From an uncultured archaeon (GTDB lineage: Archaea > Aenigmatarchaeota > Aenigmatarchaeia > CG10238-14): 17,282 bases of DNA. The translations under genes were made by a program, and so were the position numbers. Under the pieces are notes generated by a model, which ran no database searches, had not been told where the DNA came from, and worked only from the letters and a program-made list of their open reading frames with translations. Positions within the stretch are counted from its first letter, which is position 1; every line of letters starts with the position of its first letter. Below, piece after piece: positions 14,093 to 17,282 of this stretch. Location: assembly GCA_964392445.1 (NCBI GenBank), contig CAYMPD010000021.1:1-17282 (forward strand), written 5' to 3'.

Positions 14093-15292
14093 GTGAGAAT
14101 ATTGATTAAAAATAAGGATAAAATTATAGATATAATAGATTTTTTACCTGAAAGAACACCTTCTATTGGATCGAAAATAAAATTCTCAACAAGAAAAAAT
14201 AAAGTTACTATATTTTGGATCAATAAGGACAAAAAAGGAAGAATTCTCAATCCACAAAATCAACCAAAACCAATTACGGTACCCCGATATATTAGTATAG
14301 ATGAAAATTTAGGAGAAGCACTAGGAATTTATTTTGGAGATGGGACTAAAAATGATTACAGTAGTATAGAATTAATAAATTCTTGCCCAGAAATCTTGAA
14401 ATTATGGAAAAATCATATTGTTGAATTAGGTATCTGTCTTGAGGAATTACATTATAATATAAAATTATCTGAAAATGTGAAAACTAAATATAATATATCT
14501 GAAACTGAAATTGAGAAATACTGGAGGGAATCATTAAAAATTTCCCCAGAAAAAAATATATCTATAAATTGGATCAATACAAAAGGAAGACCATCAAGTT
14601 ACTTAGAGAAACACGGTTCTTTAACAATACGTTATTTTGATGTTAATTTTAGTTTATTTTACAATTCTCTAATCAGTAAAATAGAATCATTTCTTGAAAT
14701 GAGTGAAGACTTTAGAATAGGTTTTATTCGAGGATTAATCGCGTCTGATGGTAATATAAACTTCAGGAAGAACGGTTCATTGGGTTTGGTCAGAATAGCT
14801 GGGAATAAGGATCAGAGGAAGTTCGTTGCTAATATTTTGAAAAAATATTTTGAAATAGAAACAAATGAAGATAAAAATAATCAAATTTATTTCGGGAGTT
14901 ATAAGAAACTTAATAAGGTAAAAAAATTACAACTTCATACTTTGCATCCAAGGAAGAGAAGGGTATTCGAAAAATCCTTTGAAATTTTATTATCAAATTT
15001 AACCCGTTCACATGACGAAAATGCAATTCTTAAAAATGAATCCGCAATAAAAATTTTGAAATTATTGAAACAAAAACCTTTTAAAAATAAAGAAATAATA
15101 AATCAATCTACAATTTCTCGTGACCGTATTAAACAGTTATTTAATGGTTATAAACACGATGGTTATCATTATAGAGGTCTTGAAGAATTGGGTTTAGTGT
15201 TCTTTAAAAGAAACGTCGACAATAGATGTGAAAAGATATGGTATATAACACAGAAGGGAAGAGAGTTTTTGAAAAACTTGACAGAAAAATAG
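14093..15292 (+). CDS. Free-standing double-motif LAGLIDADG endonuclease-like protein with C-terminal winged helix
   Basis: Motif 1 LGEALGIYFGDG and motif 2 FIRGLIASDGNI both retain the acidic residue. The C-terminus has a GLEELGLV...WYITQKGREFL wHTH pattern. No intein splicing termini. Confidence 0.85.
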   Translation: MRILIKNKDKIIDIIDFLPERTPSIGSKIKFSTRKNKVTIFWINKDKKGRILNPQNQPKPITVPRYISIDENLGEALGIYFGDGTKNDYSSIELINSCPEILKLWKNHIVELGICLEELHYNIKLSENVKTKYNISETEIEKYWRESLKISPEKNISINWINTKGRPSSYLEKHGSLTIRYFDVNFSLFYNSLISKIESFLEMSEDFRIGFIRGLIASDGNINFRKNGSLGLVRIAGNKDQRKFVANILKKYFEIETNEDKNNQIYFGSYKKLNKVKKLQLHTLHPRKRRVFEKSFEILLSNLTRSHDENAILKNESAIKILKLLKQKPFKNKEIINQSTISRDRIKQLFNGYKHDGYHYRGLEELGLVFFKRNVDNRCEKIWYITQKGREFLKNLTEK

Positions 15293-17282
15293 AGAAATCA
15301 ATAATGGAAATTGGACTAAAAGAACCAAGTTTAATTCAATCAAAGGCTCTTCCAGAAATATTGAAAGGGAATAATGTACTGGTAGTATCTCCAACAGGTA
15401 CAGGGAAGACTTTAGCTGTAGCACTTCCAATATTTGATTTTTGGCTCAAGGAAAAACCTAAACCGATGAGTATTCTCTATATTACACCCTTAAAATCTTT
15501 AAATCGGGATCTGTTCAAAAGGTTCCTATGGTGGGGAAAAGAACTAGGAATGGAAATATCTGTCAGACATGGGGACACTAGCCAATACGAAAGACGTAAA
15601 CAAGTAGAATTTCCAGACGATATGTTAATAGTAACACCTGAAACTTTACAGGCAATCCTCCCAGGTAAAAAACTCAAAGAACTCTTGAAGAACGTCAAAT
15701 GGGTAATAGTTGATGAGATTCATGAAATAGTATCATCCAAAAGAGGGATTCAGCTCACACTGGGTTTAGAAAGACTGCGAGAACTATGCGGAGATTTTCA
15801 GTTAATATCTTTGTCAGCAACAGTAGGATCACCAGAATATGTGGCTAATTTTATCTCTGGGAATAGACCAATGAAAATAATCAAAGCGGTGACTGAAAAG
15901 CAGTTTGATATCGAAGTAATAGACCCTGAACCTGAGAAAACAGATAATCAATTAGCAGAAAAAACTTACACTTCGATTCAATCTGCAGCAAGACTAAGAA
16001 CGGTTCATGATTTAATTAAAAACCATACTTCCACACTTACCTTCACTAACACCCGAGACTTTGCGGAAATATTGGCATCTCGTCTCAAGCAGAATTATCC
16101 CAACACACCCATCGAAAATCATCACAGCAGTCTAAGTAAATCAGTAAGAATAAATGTCGAAGAAAAATTCAGGGATCAACAACTCAAGAGTATTGTGTGC
16201 ACGTCTTCGTTAGAACTTGGTATAGACATAGGGTCAATAGATCATGTAATTCAATACATGTCTCCTCGTCAGGTATCAAAATTGATCCAACGTATAGGTA
16301 GATCAGGACATTCACTGGGTAAAAAATCCAAGGGTAAGATTATAGCAACTGATATCGACGACATTTTCGAGTCCGGAGTAATAGCAAGGCAGGGCTTATC
16401 AGGGAATTTAGAACCAATTATCGCTCATGAAAAAGCTTTTGATGTACTTGCAGCTCAAATTGTGGGTATAACTCGAGATAAATGGAACGTTTCCCGTAAA
16501 GAAATTTTTGATATAGTCAAAAGATCTTATCCTTACCAAAATTTAACAGAAAAAGAATTTACAGAAGTCCTAAGACAACTTAATGTCAACAGGTACATAT
16601 TCTTTAATGCAGACGGAATAAAGAGTGCTAAGAAGGGTTTAATGTATTATTACAATAATCTAAGTACGATTCCTGACACTAAGAGTTACATGGTCGTTAA
16701 CATGATATCTGATCAGAAAGTTGGAACTTTGGATGAGGAGTTTGTTGCTTTGCATGGTTCATCTGGGGTTGAATTTGTGATGAAGGGTGAGAGTTGGAGG
16801 ATAATCAGTGTTGAGGGTTCTAAAATTTATGTTGAACCTTCTCGGGAAATAGACGCAGCGATTCCAGGTTGGGAAGGAGAATTAATGCCGGTTCCTTATC
16901 AGGTAGCTCAAGAAGTTGGACAGTTAAGAAAATTAATCGCTGAAAATCTTAATAACGGTCCCCATGAAAAAGTCAAGGGAAAATATCCGGTTGATGATAA
17001 CTCGGCTAAAAAAATGGTCGATGTAATCCGAAAACAGAAAAAAGATGGATTTATTCCAACCAATCACACAGTTCTGGTTGAAAATCAAGCCGAAAATGTT
17101 GTTATCCATACTTGTCTTGGAACTAAAGGAAATGAAACTTTGGGAAGATTTTTGTCAGCAGTATTATCAGAAAAAATAGGTTCAGTTAAACTCAATTCAG
17201 ATCCTTACCGAGTTATTTTTCAATTGCAGATAGTAAATCAAGACTTGTTAAGAGATATTCTTCTAAAAACAAAACCTGAAGA
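15238..17282 (+). CDS. lhr: Lhr-family SF2 (DEIH) helicase, 5' part, truncated by window end
   Basis: Not in ORF track because it has no stop in the window. SPTGTGKT, YITPLKSLNRD, VRHGDT, VTPETL, VIVDEIHE...KRG, LSATVG, FTNTR, HHSSLS, TSSLELGIDIG, QRIGRSGH, YY..LSTIPD. In-frame ATG 15238 supplies the conserved VFEKLD..I N-terminus; ATG 15304 is an alternative. Confidence 0.95.
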   Translation, partial: MVYNTEGKRVFEKLDRKIEKSIMEIGLKEPSLIQSKALPEILKGNNVLVVSPTGTGKTLAVALPIFDFWLKEKPKPMSILYITPLKSLNRDLFKRFLWWGKELGMEISVRHGDTSQYERRKQVEFPDDMLIVTPETLQAILPGKKLKELLKNVKWVIVDEIHEIVSSKRGIQLTLGLERLRELCGDFQLISLSATVGSPEYVANFISGNRPMKIIKAVTEKQFDIEVIDPEPEKTDNQLAEKTYTSIQSAARLRTVHDLIKNHTSTLTFTNTRDFAEILASRLKQNYPNTPIENHHSSLSKSVRINVEEKFRDQQLKSIVCTSSLELGIDIGSIDHVIQYMSPRQVSKLIQRIGRSGHSLGKKSKGKIIATDIDDIFESGVIARQGLSGNLEPIIAHEKAFDVLAAQIVGITRDKWNVSRKEIFDIVKRSYPYQNLTEKEFTEVLRQLNVNRYIFFNADGIKSAKKGLMYYYNNLSTIPDTKSYMVVNMISDQKVGTLDEEFVALHGSSGVEFVMKGESWRIISVEGSKIYVEPSREIDAAIPGWEGELMPVPYQVAQEVGQLRKLIAENLNNGPHEKVKGKYPVDDNSAKKMVDVIRKQKKDGFIPTNHTVLVENQAENVVIHTCLGTKGNETLGRFLSAVLSEKIGSVKLNSDPYRVIFQLQIVNQDLLRDILLKTKPE

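Noticed and set aside
14093-15292. Intein or intron-encoded endonuclease
   Set aside because: No N-terminal Cys/Ser splicing block, no C-terminal His-Asn, no interrupted host frame and no flanking RNA gene.
12929-15698. ORFs 12929..13156, 13743..13937, 14023..14250, 15194..15430, 15477..15698
   Set aside because: Shadow ORFs over nth, the membrane ORF, the LAGLIDADG gene and lhr.
1-17282. tRNA, rRNA, CRISPR array, transposase or integrase
   Set aside because: No cloverleaf, repeat-spacer array, terminal inverted repeats or recombinase motifs were seen by eye. A tRNAscan/Infernal run was not possible.

Overview
Archaeal chromosomal window, AT-rich, standard code 11 (TAA, TAG and TGA all end conserved genes). 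Divergent ribosomal proteins and many tiny orphan ORFs suggest a DPANN-type lineage (inference). It opens with the 3' end of rnp1 and part of the S10/spc cluster (rps17-rpl14-rpl24-rps4e-rpl5-rps14). Small unknown ORFs interrupt this cluster and it stops before rps8. Next come an A24 prepilin/preflagellin peptidase, uppP, a DHA1-type MFS transporter, serS, scpB, an Rqc2/RqcH (NFACT) gene, endonuclease III, a free-standing double-motif LAGLIDADG protein with a C-terminal winged helix, and an Lhr helicase that runs off the end. Notable accessory features: (1) an 84-bp duplication of the peptidase 3' end bracketing a self-promoted papain-like Cys/His ORF, forming a 587-bp cassette-like unit; (2) a stand-alone metacaspase-like protease with an altered S1 residue; (3) several microproteins missed by the ORF track, including a Cys/His-rich 52-aa protein with a palindromic operator; (4) two orphan antitoxin-like remnants; (5) two long dual-coding overlaps; (6) a strong 5'-to-3' switch from A/C-ending to G/T-ending codons within genes on both strands. 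No tRNA, rRNA, CRISPR array, integrase or transposase was recognised.
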